From Phycisphaerae bacterium (lineage in GTDB: Bacteria > Planctomycetota > Phycisphaerae > SM23-33): 64,000 nucleotides of DNA. Made by a program: the position numbers and the translations under genes. The notes beneath the pieces are model-generated. The model was not told where the DNA came from. It ran no database searches and saw nothing but the letters and a program-made list of their open reading frames with translations. The stretch spans positions 133,704-197,703 of the forward strand of contig JBDKRA010000045.1 of NCBI GenBank assembly GCA_039683615.1. Reading direction: 5' to 3'. Shown in pieces: positions 1 to 9,865 of this stretch (position 1 is its first letter; every line of letters begins with the position of its first letter).

Positions 1-1
1 G

Positions 2-727
2 CGCCTTAACAGTATCCTATTCGACCTGGGCGAGACTTTGCTGGACTTCGGCAAAGTGGATCTGCCCGGTCTCTTCCGCCAAGGCGCTGCCGCCGCGTAC
101 GAATACCTGCGCGAGCTGGGCCAGCCGCTGCCGCATTTCGGACGATTCCACCGGCTGATGCTCGGCCAGCTTCGCTGGCGGCTGGTAGCCAACCGCCTGC
201 TGCATCGCGATTTCGACGCAAGGGTCCTGCTCAAGCGACTCGGCGGACATCTCGGGCAAACGCTCACAGCCGCGCAACTCGATCAATTGGCCTGGCGATG
301 GTATCAGCCTCTCAGCGCCTGTGCGACCGTCGAACCCGGAACGCGCGAGATGCTGGAAGGTTTCCGCAACTGCGGCCTGAACCTGGCGGTGGTTTCCAAC
401 ACGTTTGTCCCCGGGCCAACGCTCGATCGGCACCTGGCGAGCGAAAATCTGCTGGACCTGCTTCCGCTGCGCGTCTACTCGTGCGACGTGTCGTACCGAA
501 AGCCCGATTCGCGCATCTTCCGCAAGGCCCTGGCGGCGCTGAACATACAACCCCAGCAGGCCATGTTCGTCGGCGACTCGCTCATTGCAGACGTCTGGGG
601 CGCCAATCGGCTGGGAATGATCTCGATCCTCAAGAGCCCCGCCGGACGCACCAGCCGCTGGATCCGCCCGCGGCACCGCATCCGGTCTCTGCTGGAACTG
701 CCCGCCCTGGTGGCGCGGTATCTGTGA
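2..727 (+). CDS. HAD-superfamily hydrolase (5' end outside window)
   Basis: Frame from nt 2 reads LNSILFDLGETLLDFG (HAD motif I DxG/DxT-like) before the first ATG at 38. C-terminal FVGDSLIADVWGANRLGM is HAD motif III/IV-like. Continuous ORF to stop at 727. Confidence 0.6.
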   Translation, partial: RLNSILFDLGETLLDFGKVDLPGLFRQGAAAAYEYLRELGQPLPHFGRFHRLMLGQLRWRLVANRLLHRDFDARVLLKRLGGHLGQTLTAAQLDQLAWRWYQPLSACATVEPGTREMLEGFRNCGLNLAVVSNTFVPGPTLDRHLASENLLDLLPLRVYSCDVSYRKPDSRIFRKALAALNIQPQQAMFVGDSLIADVWGANRLGMISILKSPAGRTSRWIRPRHRIRSLLELPALVARYL

Positions 728-990
728 AAACGGGGACCGTCCCGCCGTGCGGGACTGTCCCCATTTTCACCACCCGCGCGGGCGCCTACCTTGCCATTCG
801 AGCAACGACAATCAGCGCCGCAGCCGCCGCGGCGACGAAAATCGCCACTTCCGTCATGGCCGCCAAGATGTCGAATACCTTATTCATACCGACTCCACTT
901 CAGACGTGCAGTCGGCAGCGCCGTTGGTTACATCGGCTTGAAAGATTTGGAAACTTGACCGGAGATGGTTCCTGATTACCGGTTACTGAT

Positions 991-2001
991 TCACTGATTA
1001 CTGGCTACTATCAGCACGCCCGTGCCGTTGATGCGGTCGGCCTTGAGGTCCTGCAAGGCACGGTTGGCCTCGGCAAGAGGATACGTCGTGACATGCGGGC
1101 GGATGGGGATGGCCGCCGCTTCGGCCAGCAGCTCGCGCCCGTCCTGGCGCGTGTTGGCCGTCACCGAGCGAACGTCCCGCTCGAAGAACAGGCACTGCTG
1201 GTAGTCCATCTGCGGGATCGGCGTCATGTAGATGTCCGCCAGCGAAAGCGTTCCGCCTTTCTTGAGCCGCAACAGCGCCGCCGGCACCAGCTCGCCGGCC
1301 GGGGCGAAGACGATTGCGCTGTCGACCTTTTCCGGCATGTCGGCCGCGGATGCGCCCGCCCAAGCGGCCCCCATCTCGCGCGCAAGCTGCGCGTGCGAGA
1401 CGCCTCGCGTCACGACGAACACGCGGCAGCCCCGGTGCCGCGCGATCTGGAAGATCACATGCGCGCTGCTGCCGAATCCGTAGATCGCCAGCGTCCCGCC
1501 CCGTGGCAGATTGGCCCGCTGCAGCGCGCGGTAGCCGACGATCCCCGCGCACAGCAGCGGCGCGGCCTGGATGTCCTCAAAGCCGTCGGGAATCTCGTAG
1601 GCGAAATCCTCGTCCACCACGGCGTACTGCGCATAGCCGCCGTTCTCGTGATAGCCGGTGAATTGCTGGCTCGCGCAGAGATTCTCGCGGCCGGCCGAAC
1701 AGAACTCGCAATGCCCGCACGTGTGCCGCAGCCACGCCACGCCCACGCGCCGGCCGAGGGCCAACCGCGAGCAGCCCTCGCCCACCGCGTCGACGCGCCC
1801 GACGATCTGGTGGCCGGGAATGACAGGAAGCTTCTGCTGTGGCAACTCGCCTTCGATGACGTGCAGATCGGTGCGGCAGATCGCGCAGCAACTCACGCGC
1901 ACGCGCACTTGCCCGTGCAGCGGCTGGGGATCGGGCACATCCGCCAGGACCAGCGGGCTGCTCTCGATCGGCGCAATCGCGTTAAGCACCATCGCCTTCA
2001 T
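991..2001 (-). CDS. Zn-dependent alcohol dehydrogenase family oxidoreductase
   Basis: 336 aa. GHQIVGRVDAVGEGC, a structural-Zn Cys cluster CGHCEFC, and a Rossmann motif IYGFGSSAHV are typical of MDR/ADH_zinc_N enzymes. Confidence 0.7.
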   Translation of the reverse strand: MKAMVLNAIAPIESSPLVLADVPDPQPLHGQVRVRVSCCAICRTDLHVIEGELPQQKLPVIPGHQIVGRVDAVGEGCSRLALGRRVGVAWLRHTCGHCEFCSAGRENLCASQQFTGYHENGGYAQYAVVDEDFAYEIPDGFEDIQAAPLLCAGIVGYRALQRANLPRGGTLAIYGFGSSAHVIFQIARHRGCRVFVVTRGVSHAQLAREMGAAWAGASAADMPEKVDSAIVFAPAGELVPAALLRLKKGGTLSLADIYMTPIPQMDYQQCLFFERDVRSVTANTRQDGRELLAEAAAIPIRPHVTTYPLAEANRALQDLKADRINGTGVLIVASNQ

Positions 2002-2007
2002 ATTTGT

Positions 2008-2189
2008 GGCATGGGCGTCCCCAAGGGACAGGTCTCGCCCATGCTCCCCGAACCGGAGTCAGAGATCAGGGACACGCACAACGGAGTTGTGCGTGGCACC
2101 CATCTCGACTATCCATCCCTTACCCTGGAAATCCAAAAGCATGGCCGAGACGGCCATGCCACCTAAGAGCACGGGCGAGACGCCCGTGC
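2008..2189. repeat. cluster of four short palindromic REP-like hairpins (CATGGSCG-N-CGSCCATG family)
   Basis: 2008-2044 ggcatgggcg...cgcccatgc; 2072-2095 cacgcacaac-ggag-gttgtgcgtg; 2139-2159 gcatggccgagacggccatgc; 2169-2189 gcacgggcgagacgcccgtgc. Confidence 0.75.
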
Positions 2190-2200
2190 CACACAACCGC

Positions 2201-3025
2201 TCAGTCCTGCCGCCAGGTCGCCTTTTCGGGCTGATGGTGGTCTTCCATCGCCGCGCTGGGGCTGACCAGTCGACCGGACTGATGCTGCGTCTTGAGGAAC
2301 CGCCGGCGGATCGCCCGGTACGGCTTGGTGAACCGCCGGTGCAAGGCGTGCAGCCCGCTGCGCCAGCGTGAAAGTTCATCCTCCTCGGCCGTCAGTTCGC
2401 CGGGGCTCATCCGCCGCTTGTGCTTATATAAATGATAGATGTCTTTCCGCATGAAATAGTCAGCCGCGCGGTCGATCATCGCTCTCAGCGGCCAGGGCAA
2501 GTCGCTGCGGCGGCGGAAGGAGATCTGGTAGTCGATCAGGTACGGCTCGCCATCGGGGCCGACGAGCATGTTGGACCGCTTGTTGCCGTCGCTGTACGCC
2601 ACGCCACGGGCGTGCACGTCGTCGAGCAGGCGCCGCATTCGATCAAAATAGCCCGTCGGCGGGCTCTCGACGTGGTCCAGCGGCAGCCCCGGCACGTACT
2701 CGATGGCGTAGCCCCAGTCGCCCACCAGGCCCACCCACGCCGGCACGCCCGCCACGCCCGCCAGCGCCTTGTAGATCGCCTGCTCGTGCCCCCGCTGCCA
2801 TTGCCCCAGCGCCTGCAGCGGCAGCCCGCAAAACGGCTGCATGCGTCCGCACTTGACGACGATCTTGGGATAGCGAGCCTGCGCTGCGGCGGCCTCGTAC
2901 AGGCTCGTCATGGCGTAGAAATCGTGCTTGAAGACGCGCACAAGCCGATACCGCGCGCCGGCAACGTCAAGCTCCGCCGCCGGCGGGTCCTTCAGGGCAA
3001 ACAGTTGTGTATTACGTTTTGGCAT
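2201..3025 (-). CDS. Kdo/WaaP-type lipopolysaccharide kinase-like (protein-kinase fold) protein
   Basis: 274 aa. YLIDYQISF and a Lys-rich catalytic region resemble Kdo kinase/InaA/RIO-like kinases. Family-level call only. Confidence 0.4.
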   Translation of the reverse strand: MPKRNTQLFALKDPPAAELDVAGARYRLVRVFKHDFYAMTSLYEAAAAQARYPKIVVKCGRMQPFCGLPLQALGQWQRGHEQAIYKALAGVAGVPAWVGLVGDWGYAIEYVPGLPLDHVESPPTGYFDRMRRLLDDVHARGVAYSDGNKRSNMLVGPDGEPYLIDYQISFRRRSDLPWPLRAMIDRAADYFMRKDIYHLYKHKRRMSPGELTAEEDELSRWRSGLHALHRRFTKPYRAIRRRFLKTQHQSGRLVSPSAAMEDHHQPEKATWRQD

Positions 3026-3042
3026 CGGAGCAAGAAGATATC

Positions 3043-3122
3043 GCCACAGAGATCACAGAGAACGCAGAGAAGGAATGAAAAACTCTCTTTGTTTTCTCTG
3101 AGTTCTCTGTGATCTCTGTGGC
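3043..3122. repeat. 29-bp inverted repeat (CCACAGAG-type hairpin) between pyrF and the kinase-like gene
   Basis: gccacagagatcacagagaacgcagagaa ... ttctctgagttctctgtgatctctgtggc, with one mismatch and a 22-nt loop. Confidence 0.75.
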
Positions 3123-3131
3123 AAAGCTGAT

Positions 3132-4016
3132 TTACTTTCGTTTCACGGCCTCAGCGATTTCCTTGGCGAATTCGGTCGCGGCGTAGCCCACAGCGTCTTC
3201 CCAGGCGCCAGCCGTGTTCTTCTGGTACGCAAAGATGACAGACCGGCTGGCGTTGACGATCCCGCCGGTGCCGTCGGCCTTGAACGACGCGGCGCAGTCG
3301 GCCGCCGATGCGCCCTGGGCTCCGTAGCCGGGAATCAGCACGATCTGCTGGGGCATCACCTGCCGCAGCGCGCGGGCCTCGTCGGGGTACGTGGCCCCCA
3401 CCACCGCTCCGACGCAACTGTACCCGCGCCGCCCGACGCGCCCGTCAGAGCCGCCGAGCTTCGCCACCAGCCGCGCCATGTGATCGTAAACGGGCGTCTT
3501 CTGCTCGTCGCGAATGTCCTGCACCTGCGGGGCCGAGGGGTTGCTCGTGCGGACCAGCACGAAGATGCCCGCCCCGCCTGCCGCCGCCGCGGCAATGAAC
3601 GGCTCGATCCCGTCGCTGCCGAGGTAGCCGTTGACGGTGATCGCGTCGGCCGCATCCGGTCCGGCCAGGTGCCCGCGGGCATACGCTTCGGCGGTCGGGC
3701 CAATGTCGTTGCGCTTCACGTCGCCGATGGCGATGAGCCCCAGCTTGCGAGCCTGGGCCATCATCCGGAAGTAAACGCCCACGCCCGCCGCTCCCAGGGC
3801 TTCAAAGTACGCCGACTGAATCTTCACCGCCGGCACGAGAGGCGCGACGATCTGTAGCACGCGGCCACAGAACGTCTCCACCGCCTCGACAGGCCCCAGC
3901 GTCTTGAGCGGCGCCGGCAGGCGGTCGAAGACGGGGTCCAGGCCCACGCACACAGGCGAACCCTTGCGCTCGATGGCCTCCAGCAGTCGGTCGGCGAAGT
4001 TTTCAAGCATACGCAT
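3132..4016 (-). CDS. pyrF: orotidine 5'-phosphate decarboxylase (type 2)
   Basis: MRMLENFADRLLEAIERKGSPVCVGLDP onward matches PyrF type 2. The track ORF 3132..5123 is an N-terminal over-extension (GC artefact). ATG at 4016/4010. Confidence 0.7.
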   Translation of the reverse strand: MRMLENFADRLLEAIERKGSPVCVGLDPVFDRLPAPLKTLGPVEAVETFCGRVLQIVAPLVPAVKIQSAYFEALGAAGVGVYFRMMAQARKLGLIAIGDVKRNDIGPTAEAYARGHLAGPDAADAITVNGYLGSDGIEPFIAAAAAGGAGIFVLVRTSNPSAPQVQDIRDEQKTPVYDHMARLVAKLGGSDGRVGRRGYSCVGAVVGATYPDEARALRQVMPQQIVLIPGYGAQGASAADCAASFKADGTGGIVNASRSVIFAYQKNTAGAWEDAVGYAATEFAKEIAEAVKRK

Positions 4017-4145
4017 TCTCCGGCCGCTAGTGTATCGCCGGCCGAAGCGTTTTCCACTTCGAACTTCGATCTTCGAACTTCGAACTCTTCCACCGGCCGG
4101 CAAAATCTGCTTTAATGCGTGAAAGCTTTTACAGGAATTGCAGAC

Positions 4146-4703
4146 ATGGACAGAATCATCCGCGGCAAAGCGTTCGTCGTCGGCGATAATGTCGACACCG
4201 ACCAGATTATTCCCGCTGAGTACCTCAGCTACAATCCGTCCGACCCGGCCGAGCGCAAATACTTCGGCATGTACGCCATGAGCGGCGTGCCGCCGGTGCA
4301 GTCGGGCCTGCCCAAGGGCAACGTGCCCTTCGTCAAGAAGGGCGAGTTCACCAGCGAGTTCGCGGTGATCGTGGCCGGACGCAACTTCGGCTGCGGCTCC
4401 AGCCGCGAGCACGCCCCGCTGGCGATCGCCGAAGCGGGCGGCCGCGCCGTCGTCGCCGAAAGCTACGCCCGCATCTTCTATCGCAACAGCGTCAACGGCG
4501 CGTACGTGGTGCCCCTCGAAACGCAGCGCCGCCTCGTCGATCAGGTCGCCACCGGCGACGAAGTCGAGATCGACATCGCCGCCAACGTCCTGCGCAACCT
4601 GACCACCGGCCGTAATCACGAACTGGCCAGCCTGGGCGACGTGGCCGAGATCATCGAGGCCGGCGGCATCTTCCAATACGCCAAGCAGTCCGGGCGGCTG
4701 TAG
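4146..4703 (+). CDS. leuD: 3-isopropylmalate dehydratase small subunit-like (aconitase swivel domain, LeuD family)
   Basis: GDNVDTDQIIPAEYL and GCGSSREHAP are hallmark LeuD/aconitase small-subunit motifs. AGGA lies 10 nt before the ATG at 4146; alternative start 4119. No leuC is adjacent, so the exact paralogue is uncertain. Confidence 0.65.
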   Translation: MDRIIRGKAFVVGDNVDTDQIIPAEYLSYNPSDPAERKYFGMYAMSGVPPVQSGLPKGNVPFVKKGEFTSEFAVIVAGRNFGCGSSREHAPLAIAEAGGRAVVAESYARIFYRNSVNGAYVVPLETQRRLVDQVATGDEVEIDIAANVLRNLTTGRNHELASLGDVAEIIEAGGIFQYAKQSGRL

Positions 4704-4746
4704 ACGATAGCCGCGAACAACGCGAACTTCGCGAACCTGTGATGAG

Positions 4747-5052
4747 ATGAAGGGGATTGAACAACTCGACATTCGCGACGTCTCCGGCGGGTGCGTGATC
4801 GCCGTGAAGGCCGTGCCCGGCTCGTCGCGGGACAAGATCGTCGGCGTCCTGGGCGACGCCTTAAAAATTGCCACCTCCGCCCCGCCCGAGAAAGGCAAGG
4901 CCAATACGGCCGTGGCGGCCATTCTCGCCAAGGCTCTGGGCCTCGACCGCCGGGCGGTGACGCTGGTCAGCGGCCCGACGAATCCTCGCAAAGAGTTCCT
5001 GATCGCCGGTATGAGCCCACAGGCAGCGCGCGAGGCGTTGGCGGACGGTTGA
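4747..5052 (+). CDS. DUF167 (YggU-family) small protein
   Basis: 101 aa. VIAVKAVPGSSRDKIVG...LKIATSAPPEKGKANTAV is the DUF167/UPF0235 signature. Confidence 0.55.
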   Translation: MKGIEQLDIRDVSGGCVIAVKAVPGSSRDKIVGVLGDALKIATSAPPEKGKANTAVAAILAKALGLDRRAVTLVSGPTNPRKEFLIAGMSPQAAREALADG

Positions 5053-5094
5053 ATTGACAGCGTCTCCGCAGCGAGAAGTTCGCAGCCTGTAAAA

Positions 5095-6774
5095 TTGACG
5101 CACCCTATGCAATCGCCTATCATTGCGGCACAAATAAGGAGTCGGGATGGCCAGCCTCAGGAGGAACCCAAGCTTGGAATCGGCCTGCCTGCCGCTGCCG
5201 CGGAGCGCGCAGCCATGACAGAACCGTCCCTGGCCCAGAGCCGGCCGAACATCCTGATGATATTGGCCGACGACCTGTCCTATCGCGACCTGGGGTGCTT
5301 CGGCCAGCGGCAGTTCGACACGCCGGTCCTCGACGGGCTTTGCAGGCGAGGGCTGAAGTTCACGCAGGCCTACAGCGGCTCGCCCGAGTGCGCCCCCGCC
5401 CGGGCCAGCCTCATGACCGGCATGCACATGGGCCACTGCCGCGTCCGCACCAACGCGTCCGCCCGCGGGCAGGACCACCTTGAGAGGGCCGATGTGACGA
5501 TCGCCCAGACACTCAAGGCCGCCGGATATGCCACGTGCATGGTCGGCAAGTGGGGCATCGGCCTGCCGGGCACGGACGGGGCGCCGGAGAAGAAAGGTTT
5601 CGACGTCGCGTATGGGTTCTACGACCAGGCCAGCGCCCACACCTACTACCCGCATTACCTCTACGAGAACGGCCGGCCGGCGCCGATCCGCGGCAACTAC
5701 GGCTTCGACATGGACCATGCCTATCGCCACAACGGCGACGGGGAAGACAAGATACTCAACGCGTACGATGCCGCGGGCAAGCTGATCCCGCGCGGCGTCG
5801 CCAACGCGACCGCGGCACAGAATTCCGAGGACCTCTGCTATCAGCGGGCGATGGCGTTTCTGGACGCCACGGCCCGAGGCCAGGCGCCCTTCTTCCTCTA
5901 CTACGCCACTCAGATTCCGCACGGTCCGCTGATCACGCCGGACCTGGGGCGTTACCGGGACAAGCCCTGGCCGCAGAAGAACCGCGAGTGGGCGGCGATG
6001 ATCGACCACCTCGACCGCCACGTCGGCGGGCTGCTGGACACGCTCGCCGCGCAGGGGCGGCTGGACAACACGCTGGTGATCTTCGCCAGCGACAACGGCT
6101 ATTCGCATTGGGGCTACATGGGCCGACCGCGCTACGACGACGACCCGCTCTTTCACAACAAAGGCCCGTGGAAGGGCGGCAAGTTCATCTCCTGGGAAGG
6201 CGGCGTGCGCGTGCCGATGTTCATCACCTGGCCGGGGCGCGTCGCCCCCGGCACGACGGAGAACCTCACCGCACTGTACGATCTGCCGGCGACGCTGGCG
6301 GAACTGGCCGGCATACAGGAACCGCCCGCCACCGATGGCATCAGCATCGTGCCGCTGCTGCAAGGGCGACCCGACCGGCAGAAGGCGCACGAGTTTCTGT
6401 ACTGGGAAAGCGGCACGCACGCCCCGCACGCCCAGGCTGTCCGCATGGGCCGCTGGTTTGCCTGGCGCGAGCACCCGGACAACCCCGTGCTGCTTTGGGA
6501 CACGATCGACGATGTAGCGTCGCAGCGCGACGTGGCTGCGGCGCATCCGGACCTGGTGAATAAGGCCCTGGAGATCTTCCGCAGCCAGCACGTCGACAGC
6601 CGGTGGTACCTCAACCCCGGCCAGTCGGCCGCGACGTTCGAGGCCAAGAAGGCCCTCGCCAAGGCCGAAGGCACTATGCAGATCGACACGCGCGCCAACA
6701 GCGACTATCGCGGCGACGCCAACGCCCCGGCCTGGCCCAAGCCCCCGCGAGTGGACGGGGCGGTTCCCCCCTGA
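5095..6774 (+). CDS. Cys-type sulfatase (arylsulfatase family)
   Basis: NILMILADDL, sulfatase signature CAPARASLMTGMHMGH (C-x-P-x-R), and GKWGIG. No obvious signal peptide. Alternative start 5215 (MTEPS). Confidence 0.75.
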   Translation: MTHPMQSPIIAAQIRSRDGQPQEEPKLGIGLPAAAAERAAMTEPSLAQSRPNILMILADDLSYRDLGCFGQRQFDTPVLDGLCRRGLKFTQAYSGSPECAPARASLMTGMHMGHCRVRTNASARGQDHLERADVTIAQTLKAAGYATCMVGKWGIGLPGTDGAPEKKGFDVAYGFYDQASAHTYYPHYLYENGRPAPIRGNYGFDMDHAYRHNGDGEDKILNAYDAAGKLIPRGVANATAAQNSEDLCYQRAMAFLDATARGQAPFFLYYATQIPHGPLITPDLGRYRDKPWPQKNREWAAMIDHLDRHVGGLLDTLAAQGRLDNTLVIFASDNGYSHWGYMGRPRYDDDPLFHNKGPWKGGKFISWEGGVRVPMFITWPGRVAPGTTENLTALYDLPATLAELAGIQEPPATDGISIVPLLQGRPDRQKAHEFLYWESGTHAPHAQAVRMGRWFAWREHPDNPVLLWDTIDDVASQRDVAAAHPDLVNKALEIFRSQHVDSRWYLNPGQSAATFEAKKALAKAEGTMQIDTRANSDYRGDANAPAWPKPPRVDGAVPP

Positions 6775-6781
6775 GGCTGTC

Positions 6782-7654
6782 ATGCTGATCAACTGCTATT
6801 ACTATGCGCCGCATAATCACTGCCTGCTCCGGCGGCATATCGAGGCCGACCTGGAACAGATGAAATCCATCGGCACGCACGCCGTGTCGGTCTGCGTGCA
6901 GGAAGAGCAACTGACCAACTGGCACCACAAGCGGCTGGAGAACTTCATTCGCCAGGCCCATGGCTGCGGCCTGCAGGTGCATGCCGTGCCCAACCGCTGG
7001 GGCGGTCTGACGGCCGGCTGGCTTGACGGCTTTTCAAGCTGGACACTGGAGCATCGCGACCTGCCCATGGCCGGTCAGGAGCAGCAGGGCTGCTGCGACC
7101 CGGCCCGGCCTGAGCTGCGACGGCACTACGAAGAGACGCTGCGGCTGATGCTCACGATGTTTGAGTTCGACGGCTTGATCTGGGACGAGCCTCGCCCGCC
7201 GACGCAGTCGGTGATCGAGTTTCTCGACGAGATGAGCGCCCTGGCCAAGAGCCTGCGCCCGGCCCTGACGGTCAGCATGTTCGCCGAAGCCGGCGCCCTG
7301 CACCTGGCGGAGGTTTTCGCCCGCACGCGGCACATCGACTACCTCGGCGCCGACGGCCACCTGCGAGACCAGACGCACCAGATGCACCGCATGAAGAACA
7401 CGATCTTCCAGACTCACGCGGTCTTTCATCCGGTCTTGTCGGCCGCAGGCAAGAAGACCCTGTTCCTCCTGGAGGCCCAGCGCCACCGAAACGAGGACCT
7501 GGCCAACTACCTGTCCGTGGTCGACCGCGCCTTCGCCCTGCCGATGGACCACCTGATGTACTACTTCTCCGCGCACGAGATGTCGCTTGAGAATGAAGAG
7601 CAATTCAACCGCGCTACCTGGCAAGCCGTCTCTCACGCGGCAACCGTCACGTGA
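6782..7654 (+). CDS. hypothetical protein (possible TIM-barrel glycosidase-like), co-oriented and adjacent to the sulfatase
   Basis: 290-aa ORF starting 8 nt after the sulfatase stop. No motif I can name with confidence. Confidence 0.35.
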   Translation: MLINCYYYAPHNHCLLRRHIEADLEQMKSIGTHAVSVCVQEEQLTNWHHKRLENFIRQAHGCGLQVHAVPNRWGGLTAGWLDGFSSWTLEHRDLPMAGQEQQGCCDPARPELRRHYEETLRLMLTMFEFDGLIWDEPRPPTQSVIEFLDEMSALAKSLRPALTVSMFAEAGALHLAEVFARTRHIDYLGADGHLRDQTHQMHRMKNTIFQTHAVFHPVLSAAGKKTLFLLEAQRHRNEDLANYLSVVDRAFALPMDHLMYYFSAHEMSLENEEQFNRATWQAVSHAATVT

Positions 7655-7720
7655 ACGAGGCCGCAGCAGAGTTGGATTGCCCGCCATGGGAGACTTCATC
7701 GCACCCGGAATGATGCCGGG

Positions 7721-8605
7721 TTACTCCATGGCGACGCGGCGGTCGGCGAGGGCTTTGGCGATGGTTTGGTCGCGGCGGGTTTTGGCCTCGGCCAGAAAAT
7801 GCGCGATGCCCTGCGCGTCACCCAGGTCGATCAGGTCGCGCAGGCGCATGAGGTCGTGCTCGAAGGTCTCCATCGCCGCCAGAACCGCGGAGCGATTAGT
7901 CAGCAGGATGTCGCGCCACATCTCGACGTCGCCGCCGGCCAGGCGCGTCGCGTCGCGAAAACCGGTGGCCGCGATGTTCAAGTCCTTGTCATCGGGCAGC
8001 ATCATCAGCAGTCCCGCCAGCAGGTGAGGCAGGTGCGAGACGCGGGCAGCTGCGCGGTCGTGGGCGGCCGGGCTCATGCGGACCGTGCGCATCCCCAGGT
8101 CGCGCCAGAGTCGCTCGATGGTCCCAGCGGCCGCCGGCGGCGTGTCGGGCGTGGGCGTGATGATGCACGTGGCGTTGTGGAACAGGTCGCCGCGGGCAAA
8201 GGCCACGCCTCTGACCTCGCTGCCGGCCATCGGGTGGCTGCCGACGAAGGGTCCGCCCTTGCCAAGGATTCGCTGGGCAGTTCGGACGACCACGGCCTTG
8301 GTCGAGCCCACGTCAGTCACCAGGGCGCCTTTGCGCAGCGAGCGTTTCAGCGTGCGCAGGTGCCCTTCAAAGGCCCCCACCGGCGTGGCTAGAATCACCA
8401 GGTCCGTCCGCCCGGCCGGCTCGGCCAGGTCCATGTGTGCGGTGTCGATCGCCCCGACGCGCAATGCTTCGTCCAGGCTGGCTTGTCGCCGCCCGACGCC
8501 CGCGACGATCACGCGCGGATCGTGGGCCTTGATCGCCAGGGCGGCCGAGCCGCCCAGCAGGCCGACGCCGACGACGGTCACATGCTTGATGCCCTTCCGC
8601 GCCAT
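7721..8605 (-). CDS. tyrA: prephenate dehydrogenase
   Basis: VTVVGVGLLGGSAALAIK (NAD-binding motif), then HPMAGSE and a TyrA-family C-terminal domain. I prefer the start at MARKG (8605) because the 15 codons upstream translate an AT-rich repeat. Alternative start 8650. Confidence 0.7.
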   Translation of the reverse strand: MARKGIKHVTVVGVGLLGGSAALAIKAHDPRVIVAGVGRRQASLDEALRVGAIDTAHMDLAEPAGRTDLVILATPVGAFEGHLRTLKRSLRKGALVTDVGSTKAVVVRTAQRILGKGGPFVGSHPMAGSEVRGVAFARGDLFHNATCIITPTPDTPPAAAGTIERLWRDLGMRTVRMSPAAHDRAAARVSHLPHLLAGLLMMLPDDKDLNIAATGFRDATRLAGGDVEMWRDILLTNRSAVLAAMETFEHDLMRLRDLIDLGDAQGIAHFLAEAKTRRDQTIAKALADRRVAME

Positions 8606-8658
8606 GGCTTCAATATCCAATATGCGATATGCAATATCCACCAAAAACACGTACTCAG

Positions 8659-8740
8659 ACCTCGGGCTCCAGACTTCGGGCGCTCCCCGCAGCCACTGGC
8701 GGGCCTTAGGCCTGAGGTCCGAAGTCTGAGGTCCGAGGCC
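8659..8740. repeat. inverted repeat (CCTCGG-N-CAGACTTCGG type) in the tyrA/accA divergent region
   Basis: gacctcgggctccagacttcggg ... gaggtccgaagtctgaggtccgagg. Confidence 0.55.
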
Positions 8741-8863
8741 TGACGCCTGAAGCCGCCGCCGCGGCCGGATTTCGCTTGATTGCCCGCCCCGCGTGCGATA
8801 CGTTGAGGGGCAGGAAAATGGACCAGGACGCTCAGGGCGTCCTTTTTAGTAGCGGGTTTTCGC

Positions 8864-9865
8864 ATGGCTGACAATGACGGAATCGCCGGCGGCTACCAGT
8901 TGCCTTTCGAGAGGCCCATTCTCCGTCTGCACAAGCAGATCGAAGAGCTCGAGGCCGCCCAGGCCAAGTCCGGCCGCGATTACGTTTCCGAGATCCACCA
9001 GATCCGCGCCCAGCGCACGGGGCTGCTGCGCAAGACTTACGAAGCCTTGACGGCGTGGGAAACGGTGCAGGTGGCCCGCCACCCCGCCCGCCCGCTGGCC
9101 AAAGACTACATCGCCCAGATCGTCAAGAACTTCGTCGAGCTTCATGGCGACCGCCGCTTCGCTGACGACAAGGCCATCATCGCGGGCATCGGCTCGATCG
9201 GCACGGAGAAGGCCGTCATCATCGCCCAGCAAAAGGGCCGCGACACCAAGGAAAAGGTCGCCTGCAACTTCGGTTGTGCGCATCCGGAGGGCTTCCGCAA
9301 GGCCCTTCGCGTGATGCAACTGGCCCAGAAGTTCCACCTGCCGGTGGTGACGATGGTCGACACGCAGGGCGCCTATCCGGGCGTGGGCTCGGAGGAGCGC
9401 GGGGTGGCCGAGGCCATCGCCCGCAACCTGCTGGAGATGAGCCGCCTGGCCACGCCCATCGTTTGCGTGGTCATCGGCGAGGGCGGCAGCGGCGGCGCCC
9501 TTGGCGTGGCCGTCGGCGACCGCATCGCCATGCTCCGCTTCGCCTATTATTCCGTCATCTCGCCCGAGGGCTGCGCGAGCATCCTGTGGCGCACCGGCGA
9601 AAAGGCCCCCGAGGCCGCCGAGGCCCTCAAGCTCACCGCCCCCCAGCTCAAAGAGCTCGACGTGATCGACGACATCATCCCCGAGCCCCTGGGGGCCGCC
9701 CATCGCGACCCCGTCGAGGCGGCCGGTCACCTGGAGCGATACCTCGTCAAGAGCCTGCGCGAGCTCAAGCGGCTGACGCCCCAGACGCTCCTGGCCCAGC
9801 GCTACGCCCGCTGGCGCCGCATGGGCAAGGTGATGTACCTGACGCCGCAGTCAAGTCAGTTGTGA
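8864..9865 (+). CDS. accA: acetyl-CoA carboxylase carboxyltransferase subunit alpha
   Basis: 333 aa. LDFEKPI-like N-terminus, IAGIGSIG, VTMVDTQGAYPGVGSEERG and VVIGEGGSGGALG are diagnostic AccA motifs. Confidence 0.85.
   Translation: MADNDGIAGGYQLPFERPILRLHKQIEELEAAQAKSGRDYVSEIHQIRAQRTGLLRKTYEALTAWETVQVARHPARPLAKDYIAQIVKNFVELHGDRRFADDKAIIAGIGSIGTEKAVIIAQQKGRDTKEKVACNFGCAHPEGFRKALRVMQLAQKFHLPVVTMVDTQGAYPGVGSEERGVAEAIARNLLEMSRLATPIVCVVIGEGGSGGALGVAVGDRIAMLRFAYYSVISPEGCASILWRTGEKAPEAAEALKLTAPQLKELDVIDDIIPEPLGAAHRDPVEAAGHLERYLVKSLRELKRLTPQTLLAQRYARWRRMGKVMYLTPQSSQL

Noticed and set aside
3132-5123. 663-aa ORF suggesting a long fusion protein
   Set aside because: Only the last 295 aa (from MRMLENF) match PyrF. 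The upstream 370 aa are low-complexity and overlap leuD-like and DUF167 genes on the other strand.
4861-6792. 643-aa antisense ORF opposite the sulfatase gene, and similar long antisense ORFs (998..1552, 1093..2166, 11016..12788, 12939..14258, 14343..15455, 18265..18981, 19052..20335, 23099..24280, 27818..29467, 29550..30866, 35309..37789, 45702..46460, 46530..49472, 50969..52285, 52883..54385, 54587..57346, 57820..58830, 58822..60546)
   Set aside because: Arg/Ala/Gly-rich low-complexity translations typical of stop-codon-poor antisense frames in high-GC DNA. The opposite strand carries recognisable conserved proteins.
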